Source: a virus. From it: DNA of 57,386 nucleotides. The notes below the pieces were generated by a model. It worked only from the letters and a program-made list of their open reading frames with translations, was not told the DNA's origin and searched no databases. Where the stretch lies: IMG/VR virus record IMGVR_UViG_3300006141_000016; one strand, 5' to 3'. Positions 43,330-50,153 of this stretch are shown here, one piece after another. Position 1 is the stretch's first letter; each line of letters starts with the position of its first letter. The translations under genes and the position numbers were made by a program.

Positions 43330-43762
43330 GCTGATGGAACGGATTGAAAAAGAACTCCATGAGATTGCGGAAAAGGGATTTTCTCCCACGAATATAGACA
43401 ATGCCATGAAGTTCGTGGACATGTACAAAGACCTAAAATATGTAGAGTACATGGGATTCACAGAGGGCGCTTATCATGAAGTGAAAGAAGAGATGATGCC
43501 GGGCAAGACAAGGACCATGGAGCGCCGAGAAGGCTCCCGGTTTGACCGGAACATCAATGAACTGTATGATAAATATCTCTGGTGCAAGAAAGAGTATGCC
43601 AGGGACGGTTCTGAGGTTCACCGACAGAAAGTGACGGAGGCCCTTGAACGGCTGATGTCGGAAATCTGCGATTTGCTGTTTGACATCAACCGTGATGCTG
43701 ACTTTAAGGCAGAGAGGGACGTTGTGCTGAAATATAAAAAGAGCATGGAGCAGATTTCATAA
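43322..43762 (+). CDS. Helical protein of unknown function (146 aa)
   Basis: Overlap-coupled ORF. Last gene before the terminator. Confidence 0.6.
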   Translation: MHKLMERIEKELHEIAEKGFSPTNIDNAMKFVDMYKDLKYVEYMGFTEGAYHEVKEEMMPGKTRTMERREGSRFDRNINELYDKYLWCKKEYARDGSEVHRQKVTEALERLMSEICDLLFDINRDADFKAERDVVLKYKKSMEQIS

Positions 43763-43769
43763 GAAAAAG

Positions 43770-43793
43770 GGCGGTAGGTGTTATCCTGCCGCC
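43770..43793. terminator. Bidirectional terminator hairpin
   Basis: GGCGGTAGG...CCTGCCGCC, with TTTTTCTT on the minus side and TGTTCTTT on the plus side. Sequence-related to 9225..9247. Confidence 0.7.
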
Positions 43794-43996
43794 TGTTCTT
43801 TACACAAGAAAAATCTAAATCGTTCAATGTCGTATTCTACGGTAACACAGTTGTTGTCAGCAGTATACAGAGCGTATTCTGTGCCGTATGACGCCTTACG
43901 GGAGCGTATTTCAGAACCGTCCGAAAGCCTATACAAACCTTTGAATCTATGGCTATAAATAAAAGATTTCATTCTGTCAAAATCCGAGTTCGTCAT
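43781..43996 (-). CDS. Small protein (71 aa), minus-strand operon
   Basis: GAGGAGGAT RBS before ATG 43996. Confidence 0.55.
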   Translation of the reverse strand: MTNSDFDRMKSFIYSHRFKGLYRLSDGSEIRSRKASYGTEYALYTADNNCVTVEYDIERFRFFLCKEQAAG

Positions 43997-44036
43997 ATCC
44001 TCCTCACTTTCTCCCTGTATTTCTAACAAGGCTACA

Positions 44037-44213
44037 TCAATATTCAGGAATCATACTGGAAAGTTCTTCCATCTGCTCTTTAGTAATCAATTCTGCAGTT
44101 CTGGCGAACATGACCTGACCGTGCCGGAATGCATAATCAACCTTTCCGCATACCCAACTTTCAAGCAGGATTTGATTTTTCAGGTGCTCATACCATTTAT
44201 TCTTTTCATTCAT
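44037..44213 (-). CDS. Small protein (58 aa), minus-strand operon
   Basis: GGGAGGAAG RBS. MNEKNKWYEHLKNQ... Confidence 0.5.
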   Translation of the reverse strand: MNEKNKWYEHLKNQILLESWVCGKVDYAFRHGQVMFARTAELITKEQMEELSSMIPEY

Positions 44214-44261
44214 ATGATTACTCGCTTCCTCCCTGCATTACCCGGCAGGGACGGGGTAAAA

Positions 44262-44486
44262 TCAATCAATAGCTACTTCGATGTAATGTTTCCAGGTTCC
44301 ATCTGATTGCTTGCCAAAAGACCCAAACCTTTTTAAGGTGCGTTCTCCAAAAATACTTTTTATGAGCTCAGATCCACTCATATTATGACTGGAAATGAAT
44401 TGCCCATTGGACGCTGTTTCCCTAACCTCAAAAATATCAGGCGAGTCCCAACCAGACCAAATTTTTAAAACATCTTTTGCCTTCAT
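44262..44486 (-). CDS. Small protein (74 aa), minus-strand operon
   Basis: ORF in the track. AAGAAAGAAGGGATGAT upstream. Confidence 0.55.
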   Translation of the reverse strand: MKAKDVLKIWSGWDSPDIFEVRETASNGQFISSHNMSGSELIKSIFGERTLKRFGSFGKQSDGTWKHYIEVAID

Positions 44487-44518
44487 ATCATCCCTTCTTT
44501 CTTACAGCATAACCTAGG

Positions 44519-44755
44519 TCATTTTTCTATCAATTCAAGATTATAAAGCATATTCTCTAAAGATACATATGCGACCATCATGTCACATTTAATATCTGCA
44601 AAATCTTCATCCGAGATTTCCGAAACGATGTCTTCATGCTTCGATAATTGTTTTTCATACCATTCATCAATTTCGGCTTCCAACTTTGCGGATTTTTCTA
44701 CTAAGGCGTTGTGCCTTTCAATCTTTTTAGAGATATAGTTTGGTATTTTCGGCAT
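44519..44755 (-). CDS. Small acidic protein (78 aa), minus-strand operon
   Basis: GGAGGAAGA RBS. Confidence 0.6.
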   Translation of the reverse strand: MPKIPNYISKKIERHNALVEKSAKLEAEIDEWYEKQLSKHEDIVSEISDEDFADIKCDMMVAYVSLENMLYNLELIEK

Positions 44756-44802
44756 TCTTCCTCCATTTCCCCCGGCGCAACCCCGCCGGGTGGGTGGTGT
44801 GG

Positions 44803-44961
44803 TTATTTTTTAACCATGTGTTTACTTACTTCGTAAATAATAGATAAAATTTCAAAATTTATGCTTTCGAGTTTTTCTTTTGTAAAAATGAAATCATTTG
44901 TTCTGGTTTGGTGTTTTAGTATTTCTTCAATCATATCTTTTTTCGTGAGTTCTTTTGTCAT
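44803..44961 (-). CDS. Small protein (52 aa), first gene of the minus-strand operon
   Basis: GGAGGATATGGAAA RBS before ATG 44961. Confidence 0.5.
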   Translation of the reverse strand: MTKELTKKDMIEEILKHQTRTNDFIFTKEKLESINFEILSIIYEVSKHMVKK

Positions 44962-44993
44962 TTTCCATATCCTCCGTTCCTTTGATAAGACTA

Positions 44994-45022
44994 ATTATAC
45001 ACACTATAATGTGTAATTTCAA
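44994..45022 (-). promoter_or_regulatory. Strong sigma-A-type promoter TTGAAA-17-TATAAT for the small-gene operon
   Basis: Read on the minus strand. Overlapped by an operator-like inverted repeat. Confidence 0.6.
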
Positions 45023-45084
45023 TCAGCATAATAAACAAAGATTTACACATTTTATTGTGCAATAGTTACATTTTAAAGTGTGTA
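44998..45084. promoter_or_regulatory. Three operator-like inverted repeats TACACA-N6-TGTGTA
   Basis: Perfect at 44998..45015, one mismatch at 45044..45061, degenerate at 45067..45084. Confidence 0.55.
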
Positions 45085-45118
45085 ATAATGTGGTATGCTT
45101 TAATGGGAGGTGGTATAG

Positions 45119-45337
45119 GTGATAATTTACAAGGATATTCTGCAAAAACTCAAAGACGCAGGATACAACACGAACCGCATAAGGAAAGAGGGATTGCTGT
45201 CAGAAGGTACTTTGCAGAGATTGAGAGAGGGCAGGCCAATCACAACAGAAACGATAGATATTATATGTAACCTGACAGGGTGCAAGGTCGAGGAAATAAT
45301 AGAGCATAAAATCTCCCACGACAATGGGCGGCAGTGA
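45119..45337 (+). CDS. XRE/Cro-type HTH regulator divergent from the small-gene operon
   Basis: GTG start after GGGAGGTGG. LLSEGTLQRLREGRPITTETIDIICNLTGCKVEEII. Confidence 0.7.
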   Translation: MIIYKDILQKLKDAGYNTNRIRKEGLLSEGTLQRLREGRPITTETIDIICNLTGCKVEEIIEHKISHDNGRQ

Positions 45338-45358
45338 TGCCGCTCTTTTGCGTATAAC

Positions 45359-45392
45359 TTGGTACAAATAAATTCTGGAAGCATGTTATCAT
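45359..45392 (+). promoter_or_regulatory. Conserved promoter motif copy (TTGGTACAA-N19-TATCAT)
   Basis: Exact spacing. Points into the ORF-poor region. Confidence 0.55.
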
Positions 45393-45581
45393 GTATCTAT
45401 CAAACAAAAGGAGGATGCCGACATGAAGACTCGGAATCACAAAGCAAACTTTTAACTAACAATCTGCGGCCAGGACAAAAGCGCCAAACGTGGCGTTCTT
45501 CGGAACAATTCGCGGCTGTAAGAACACGTTAAACTATGTAAGCCCGCACTGCACAGTCCTTGCAGACAGAAAATGGACAAA

Positions 45582-45672
45582 GGCAAGATAGCCCTGACTC
45601 CGAACGTGGAGCAATCAGGTATGTTGGGTTCAGCATTTGAACAAAACGCAGGTTCAATTCCTGCTCTTGCCA
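45582..45672 (+). ncRNA. 91-nt tRNA-like element with a non-canonical core
   Basis: Perfect 7-bp acceptor stem GGCAAGA/TCTTGCC and a canonical T-arm GCAGG-TTCAATT-CCTGC. I could not fold standard D or anticodon arms. Confidence 0.4.
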
Positions 45673-45790
45673 TGCGTGGCGTTGACTTTTTCTTGTTTTG
45701 AAACCACACGTACAAAAAGGGTAGTAAAACAAGTATGGTTCTGATAGGGGATTTTCCCCTGTCGGAAATCGCAAAATGGAGGACATTGGA

Positions 45791-45973
45791 ATGGAAGATA
45801 GGGAGTTTCTGCTTTTTGCTCTTTTACTAAACTGTTTAACAGTACCATCTTGCCCGCCAAACGGACATGGATACTATTATAAAAATGGTGTAGAAAAGTG
45901 CAATGGACAAGCATTTTTTACAGAGGGAATCGGTCTGCATGATGGAACCGGTAGGAAAGTTGAGTTAAGATGA
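45791..45973 (+). CDS. Possible small secreted Cys-containing peptide (60 aa)
   Basis: GGAGGA 8 nt upstream of ATG 45791. Hydrophobic N-terminus FLLFALLLNCLTV. Confidence 0.3.
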   Translation: MEDREFLLFALLLNCLTVPSCPPNGHGYYYKNGVEKCNGQAFFTEGIGLHDGTGRKVELR

Positions 45974-46148
45974 TTTTCTGCCAAACTTTGGCACAATATG
46001 GCCAGTAAAAAGCATTAAGAAATGGGCGCGACATAAGGTAAGACCGAAAAAAGTAGGCACTGAATATAATCAAAGACAGGGACAAATGCGAAGCGTTTCC
46101 TGCGGTACTAATGCTTTTTATTATATAGAAATCGGGAGGGATAGGGAA

Positions 46149-46382
46149 ATGGAAGAATTAAAGAAATGTCCGTTTTGTGGTGGCAAAGCGATATTTAACA
46201 CAGTCAGTAATTCATCGTCACATCACGGAGTTGGATTTGACTTTGAAATCGAATGTGAGGACTGCGGTGTAAAATTGCCAAATAGGTATAAAGTTGAGTT
46301 TTCCTTGACGGATAGCGGTGGCATAAATCCGTTATATGACGACAGAAAGAGGGCTGTTGAAGAATGGAACAATCGACCATGA
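46149..46382 (+). CDS. Lar-family restriction-alleviation-like protein
   Basis: LKKCPFCGGKA...CEDCG...AVEEWNNRP matches the Lar pattern (CPFCG ... WNxR). GGGAGGGATAGGGAA RBS. Confidence 0.65.
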   Translation: MEELKKCPFCGGKAIFNTVSNSSSHHGVGFDFEIECEDCGVKLPNRYKVEFSLTDSGGINPLYDDRKRAVEEWNNRP

Positions 46383-46549
46383 CAGAAAAATGAGTACTCT
46401 GCCCCATCTGCGGAGGAAAAACCCGCACGAAAATCAGACCGGACACGGAGGCGAAAAACCTGCCTATATTCTGCAAGATATGCAAAAATGAATTTCTTGC
46501 AAATATTAAGGATTTGAAAACGGAGGTATCGCATGACAAAAGAAGATAG
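46379..46549 (+). pseudogene. Cys-rich KTR-domain gene interrupted by an in-frame TGA at codon 5
   Basis: MTEK-TGA-VLCPICGGKTRTKIRPDTEAKNLPIFCKICKNEFLANI. The family consensus as recalled has Trp at the stop position. Confidence 0.6.
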
Positions 46550-46706
46550 AGATAACATTTATAGACGGGTAAATGAAGCGGTTATAGAGCCAAGCGAGCC
46601 TATGAATTTAGTTGAAATTAAAGCCTATGTAAAGGGCTGCGAATATGCTTACAACGCATTTTTTGACGCGATTGATAAAGCATACGGAGAAACGAAAACA
46701 GATTAG
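46533..46706 (+). CDS. Hypothetical (57 aa)
   Basis: GGAGGTATCGC RBS before ATG 46533. Confidence 0.5.
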   Translation: MTKEDRDNIYRRVNEAVIEPSEPMNLVEIKAYVKGCEYAYNAFFDAIDKAYGETKTD

Positions 46707-46707
46707 A

Positions 46708-46770
46708 GCCAGACGCATTGACGCAGTGCCAGTAGATGCGTGAGAGCGTGTTTGCTGGCATTTTTATTTT
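46708..46770 (+). terminator. Compound hairpin followed by a T-run
   Basis: GCCAG/CTGGC outer stem and ACGCAT/ATGCGT inner stem, followed by ATTTTTATTTT. Confidence 0.45.
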
Positions 46771-46813
46771 GCTAACATCTTATTTTTGATAAATCCTACC
46801 CTCCTAAGAGGGT

Positions 46814-46864
46814 GCATCCGTCAGTAATGGCGCTGTAAAGGCGGTTCGATTCCGCACGGGTGCA
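46814..46864 (+). ncRNA. tRNA-like minihelix (acceptor stem and T-arm only)
   Basis: GCATCCG/CGGGTGC acceptor stem (one G-U pair) and GGCGG-TTCGATT-CCGC T-arm. Only 19 nt lie between them, so D and anticodon arms are absent. Confidence 0.4.
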
Positions 46865-46934
46865 TTTCTGCATAAACAGTGCAGAACATTTCCCTTTCCA
46901 AGCGCCTGCCCATTGCGGGCGGGCGCACCCTCCT

Positions 46935-47007
46935 CGGATTTTAGCGCAGTTGGCAGAGCACCTGTCTTATATACAGGCGGTCGGTGGTTCGATTCCACCA
47001 ATTCCGA
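46935..47007 (+). tRNA. trnI(UAU): tRNA-Ile, anticodon UAU
   Basis: Manual cloverleaf: 7-bp acceptor stem (one mismatch), D-arm GCGC/GAGC with a GG loop, anticodon stem CCTGT/ACAGG with loop CTTATAT, T-arm GGTGG-TTCGATT-CCACC. Confidence 0.7.
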
Positions 47008-47152
47008 TTACCCCGGCAAAGGTTTATTTGCCTACTCCCTTGCGTGGGCGGCACGCTATAAAAACGCTATGGAGGAAAACTTGGCAAAGTATAAATGCTT
47101 ACTCTCATATGCGGACAGCGCATTATAAAAAATGTTATGGAGGACATGAAGC

Positions 47153-47761
47153 ATGAAAAACATTGAACAGATTTTGAAAGAAGCAGGAGTTGAGGTTACG
47201 GACGAGCAGAAAGCGGCGATTGTTTCCGAGGTTGGCAAGAACTACAGAACATCTACTGACTACGATCGGCAGGCTAAGAAGCTGGAAGCGGCGGAATCTG
47301 ACAGGGACGCTTACAAAGGGCAGCTGGACACGGCGAATGAGACCCTGGAGAAGTTCAAGGACATTGACCCAGAGAAACAGGCAGAGGAAATTCAGAAGTA
47401 CAAGCAGGCGGCAAAAGAAGCGCAGGAAACCGCAGACAAACGGATTCTGGAGCGTGACCAGCGGGACTACCTCAAAGGTGAGTTTGACAAGCTGAAAATC
47501 GAATCAGGACGTGTCAGGGATTCGCTTATGCGTGAAATCATGGGCGAAGACGGTTTGAAGTGGAAGGACGGCGAATTTATGGGGCTGTCGGACTATCTGG
47601 AAAAGGAGAATGAAAAAGACCACTTCTATCAGACCGAAGCTGAAAAGGCAGAAGCCGAAGCCAAAGAGAAAGCCGCCGGAAGTGCGCCGAAATTTACAGA
47701 CAAGTCCGAGCCGAAGCAGACCCAGGTAAAAGATACCAGTCCGGCTCCTGTGATTTTCTAA
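47153..47761 (+). CDS. Scaffolding protein (Phage_GP20-like)
   Basis: Coiled, charged 202 aa. N-terminus MKNIEQILKEAGVEVTDEQKAAI typical of GP20 scaffolds. Precedes the capsid gene. Confidence 0.75.
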   Translation: MKNIEQILKEAGVEVTDEQKAAIVSEVGKNYRTSTDYDRQAKKLEAAESDRDAYKGQLDTANETLEKFKDIDPEKQAEEIQKYKQAAKEAQETADKRILERDQRDYLKGEFDKLKIESGRVRDSLMREIMGEDGLKWKDGEFMGLSDYLEKENEKDHFYQTEAEKAEAEAKEKAAGSAPKFTDKSEPKQTQVKDTSPAPVIF

Positions 47762-47789
47762 ATCAAAAAGAAAAGAAAGGACAAACAAA

Positions 47790-48752
47790 ATGGCTATTGA
47801 TTCATTAAACCTTGTAAAACTTTCCGACTTGGCAGGAACCGAAGACGGAAAACTGAAACTTGCAGAGGAATATAAGGGCATTATTGAGAATGTCGGCAGG
47901 CGGACGATTTCAAGCCTTTTCAAAAATCAGAGATTATCCGGCGACCCGCAGGCAGGAACGCTTGTGGCGAAAAGATTTGCTTCTGCGAAATCAGAGGAAT
48001 ACGGCACGGCAAGGGCGGCAAGAAAAGGAAAGCCCGGCAGGGGATTTGAGGTCGCTGTTGATATCGACATTGACAAGGAAATCATGGAGGAATACGAGGA
48101 AAAGGATATCCGCCTTGGTGGAATCCCCGGCTTACTGTCTGAAAGGCGCACAGCTATCACCCGTGCCATGGTTCGGGAGTTGGATGAAAACTTTTTCCTT
48201 GTGGCCATTGGTAAGCGAAAAGAGAGTGACGGTACTGTCGGAACGGTGACCGGCGGCACAGAGGTCACGGCATCTGGAGATACCATCAAAGACCGGGTGA
48301 CAGCTGTCGTGATGAAACTGCACACCGCAAAGAATGAGTTCGTGGACGGTATTGAAAAAGAAGACATTCATGTTGTCCTGTCCCCGGAAGCCTATGAGGA
48401 AATGCGAGATTATATCGACACCAAAGGAAACGCCAATGTTCAGACGGACGTTGCGGAGTTCGGACGGTATCACGGCGCATGGATTTACTCCAATGTCCAC
48501 CAGCCGGAGGGTATTGAGATTATCGCTATGTGTACCGGGGCGATTGCGGAGCCGGTTATGGCGGACGAATACCAGGCAAAGCAGATTGAGCTTTCCAATG
48601 CGTATGCAATCGGAATGTTCTTCCACTACGGTTGCAAGGTTGTTATGCCTGACCTGATTTTCTACAGCAAGAAACCCGGTGCGGCCAGTACAAGCGAGGC
48701 CGGAGAGGAATCTGGCGGCACGACAAGGGCAAAGAGTACGAAGCTGTCATAA
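47790..48752 (+). CDS. Major capsid protein
   Basis: 320 aa immediately after the scaffold gene. Assigned by position and size. Confidence 0.8.
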   Translation: MAIDSLNLVKLSDLAGTEDGKLKLAEEYKGIIENVGRRTISSLFKNQRLSGDPQAGTLVAKRFASAKSEEYGTARAARKGKPGRGFEVAVDIDIDKEIMEEYEEKDIRLGGIPGLLSERRTAITRAMVRELDENFFLVAIGKRKESDGTVGTVTGGTEVTASGDTIKDRVTAVVMKLHTAKNEFVDGIEKEDIHVVLSPEAYEEMRDYIDTKGNANVQTDVAEFGRYHGAWIYSNVHQPEGIEIIAMCTGAIAEPVMADEYQAKQIELSNAYAIGMFFHYGCKVVMPDLIFYSKKPGAASTSEAGEESGGTTRAKSTKLS

Positions 48753-48819
48753 TGAGCAAGCCGGCATGGGATATGTAAAGTATTTCATGCCGGAAATCAG
48801 ATAGGAGGAAAATAAGACT

Positions 48820-49077
48820 ATGAATTTTGGAGAAGCGTTAGAAGCAATCAAAAACGGAAAGAAGGCAAAGCGCAAGGGCTGGAACGGAAAAGAACAGTAT
48901 GTTGTTTTGGCATACATGAAAACATGCGCCACTAAAGCCGGAGAGGTAGTTATTGACCCGGAGCATGAAAACATTGGAAGCAAATTCCTGATGTTTGTCG
49001 GCACAAGCGGCTACCAGTGCGGCTGGCTTGCTTCCCAGGCTGATATGTTGGCAGAAGATTGGGAAATCGTGGAGTAG
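48820..49077 (+). CDS. DUF2829-like protein (Tad2-type anti-Thoeris sponge candidate)
   Basis: MNFGEALEAIKNGKKAKRKGWNGKEQYVVL...GWLASQADMLAEDWEIVE matches the DUF2829 pattern as recalled. Confidence 0.6.
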   Translation: MNFGEALEAIKNGKKAKRKGWNGKEQYVVLAYMKTCATKAGEVVIDPEHENIGSKFLMFVGTSGYQCGWLASQADMLAEDWEIVE

Positions 49078-49080
49078 CCC

Positions 49081-49635
49081 ATGGGATATGTAACCTACGA
49101 CTACTACAAAAGCATATACGGCGAGGATTCCATGCCGGAAACCACCTTTAACCGGCTGTCATGGGAAGCCTGCCGCCGGATAGATACTATCACGCTGAAT
49201 AAACTGAAATTCGCTTTCCCCACCAATGAGTACGATGTTGAAGCAGTGAAGCGGTGCGTCTGCAAGCTGATTGAGATTGCCGGGCAGATTGAAGCCGCAA
49301 ACAAGCGGGTGTCAGAGGGGCAGGGATATACCATGGATGAATCCGGCGCGCTTCGCGGGAAAGTGGTATCTTCTGTTTCCTCCGGCAGTGAGTCCATATC
49401 GTATACGGCAAAGGCAGAATCCGGCAGTACGCTGATTGACGCTGTTCTGTCTGACAAGGCGGCGCAGGAGCGGCTATATCGTGACACTGTGAGGGAATAT
49501 CTATCACTTGTACCGGATTCCAACGGTGTAAATCTTCTGTATGCCGGAATCCCCTACCCACGCTGCAATGCCCCGATAAGCAAACCGCCGGAGAATAAGC
49601 CAGTGGAGAAGCCGGAGGAAAGTGAGAAATTATGA
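49081..49635 (+). CDS. Head-tail connector / adaptor protein
   Basis: Position after the capsid gene. 184 aa. Confidence 0.55.
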   Translation: MGYVTYDYYKSIYGEDSMPETTFNRLSWEACRRIDTITLNKLKFAFPTNEYDVEAVKRCVCKLIEIAGQIEAANKRVSEGQGYTMDESGALRGKVVSSVSSGSESISYTAKAESGSTLIDAVLSDKAAQERLYRDTVREYLSLVPDSNGVNLLYAGIPYPRCNAPISKPPENKPVEKPEESEKL

Positions 49636-49982
49636 AAGAACAAAAAGTAAATATTTTGGGAACTGAATGGAAAATCATCACTTGCAAAGAACAGGAAAGC
49701 GAACTTCTGAATGAAAAATATCGTGATGGTTGTACTGACAATTCCACAAGAACAATTTATATCTGTGAGAAAAAGCCTGACTGTGAATTGCAGGATTACG
49801 AGATGTGGAAACGTCTTTCCCTGCGGCATGAGATTTTTCATGCGTTCCTTTTTGAAAGTGGTTTGGACGCAAGTTCTGGTATTACAAACAGACCTTGGGC
49901 AGAGAATGAAGAAATGGTTGACTGGTTCGCCATTCAGTCCCCGAAGATTTGCAAAGTCTTTGCGGAACTGGATATTTTGTAG
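49632..49982 (+). CDS. Small HExxH protein in the neck module
   Basis: ATGA-coupled. RHEIFHAFLFESG contains HExxH. Confidence 0.5.
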   Translation: MKEQKVNILGTEWKIITCKEQESELLNEKYRDGCTDNSTRTIYICEKKPDCELQDYEMWKRLSLRHEIFHAFLFESGLDASSGITNRPWAENEEMVDWFAIQSPKICKVFAELDIL

Positions 49983-49995
49983 GAGGGTGGTTTTG

Positions 49996-50142
49996 GTGGA
50001 AATTCAAAAAGCGATTGATAACCTTATTTCGATGAAAACCGAAATTGAATTTGAATCTGACGATACAAAGCAGATGAAAAGAATCAAGATTGACACAATC
50101 AATGAAGCAATTAAGGCTTTAAAGAAGCAAATGGAAGATTAG
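49996..50142 (+). CDS. Small coiled protein (48 aa)
   Basis: GTG start after AGGAGGGTGG. Confidence 0.4.
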   Translation: MEIQKAIDNLISMKTEIEFESDDTKQMKRIKIDTINEAIKALKKQMED

Positions 50143-50153
50143 GTGTTTGCCAT

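Larger units (their letters stand above)
45393..46058 (+). ncRNA. ORF-poor, hairpin-rich region: candidate large structured RNA(s)
   Basis: No ORF with convincing coding features except possibly 45791..45973. Contains GTTC-UUCG-GAAC, AGGGG/CCCCT and GCCAA/TTGGC hairpins and an embedded tRNA-like element. Confidence 0.35.

Noticed and set aside
42614-43461. 248-aa and 208-aa minus-strand ORFs across 42.6-43.5 kb
   Set aside because: They are shadow ORFs of the Ala/Gly-rich + strand genes. They are Cys/Arg-rich and low-complexity, with no RBS, whereas the + strand genes have RBSs and translational coupling.
45582-45672. tmRNA or a type-II (long-variable-arm) tRNA
   Set aside because: The acceptor partners are only 91 nt apart, there is no G3-U70 pair or tag-ORF region as in tmRNA, and no D-stem or 7-nt anticodon loop with U33 could be drawn. 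It is kept only as a tRNA-like element.
38899-46393. Stop-codon reassignment (TAG, TAA or TGA read as sense) with a phage suppressor tRNA
   Set aside because: TAG, TAA and TGA all terminate well-supported core genes with coupled downstream starts (for example TGA at 1833, 5613 and 25474; TAG at 3943 and 34560). Long core ORFs contain no in-frame stops. The only clean tRNA has anticodon UAU, and I found no CUA, UUA or UCA anticodon loop.
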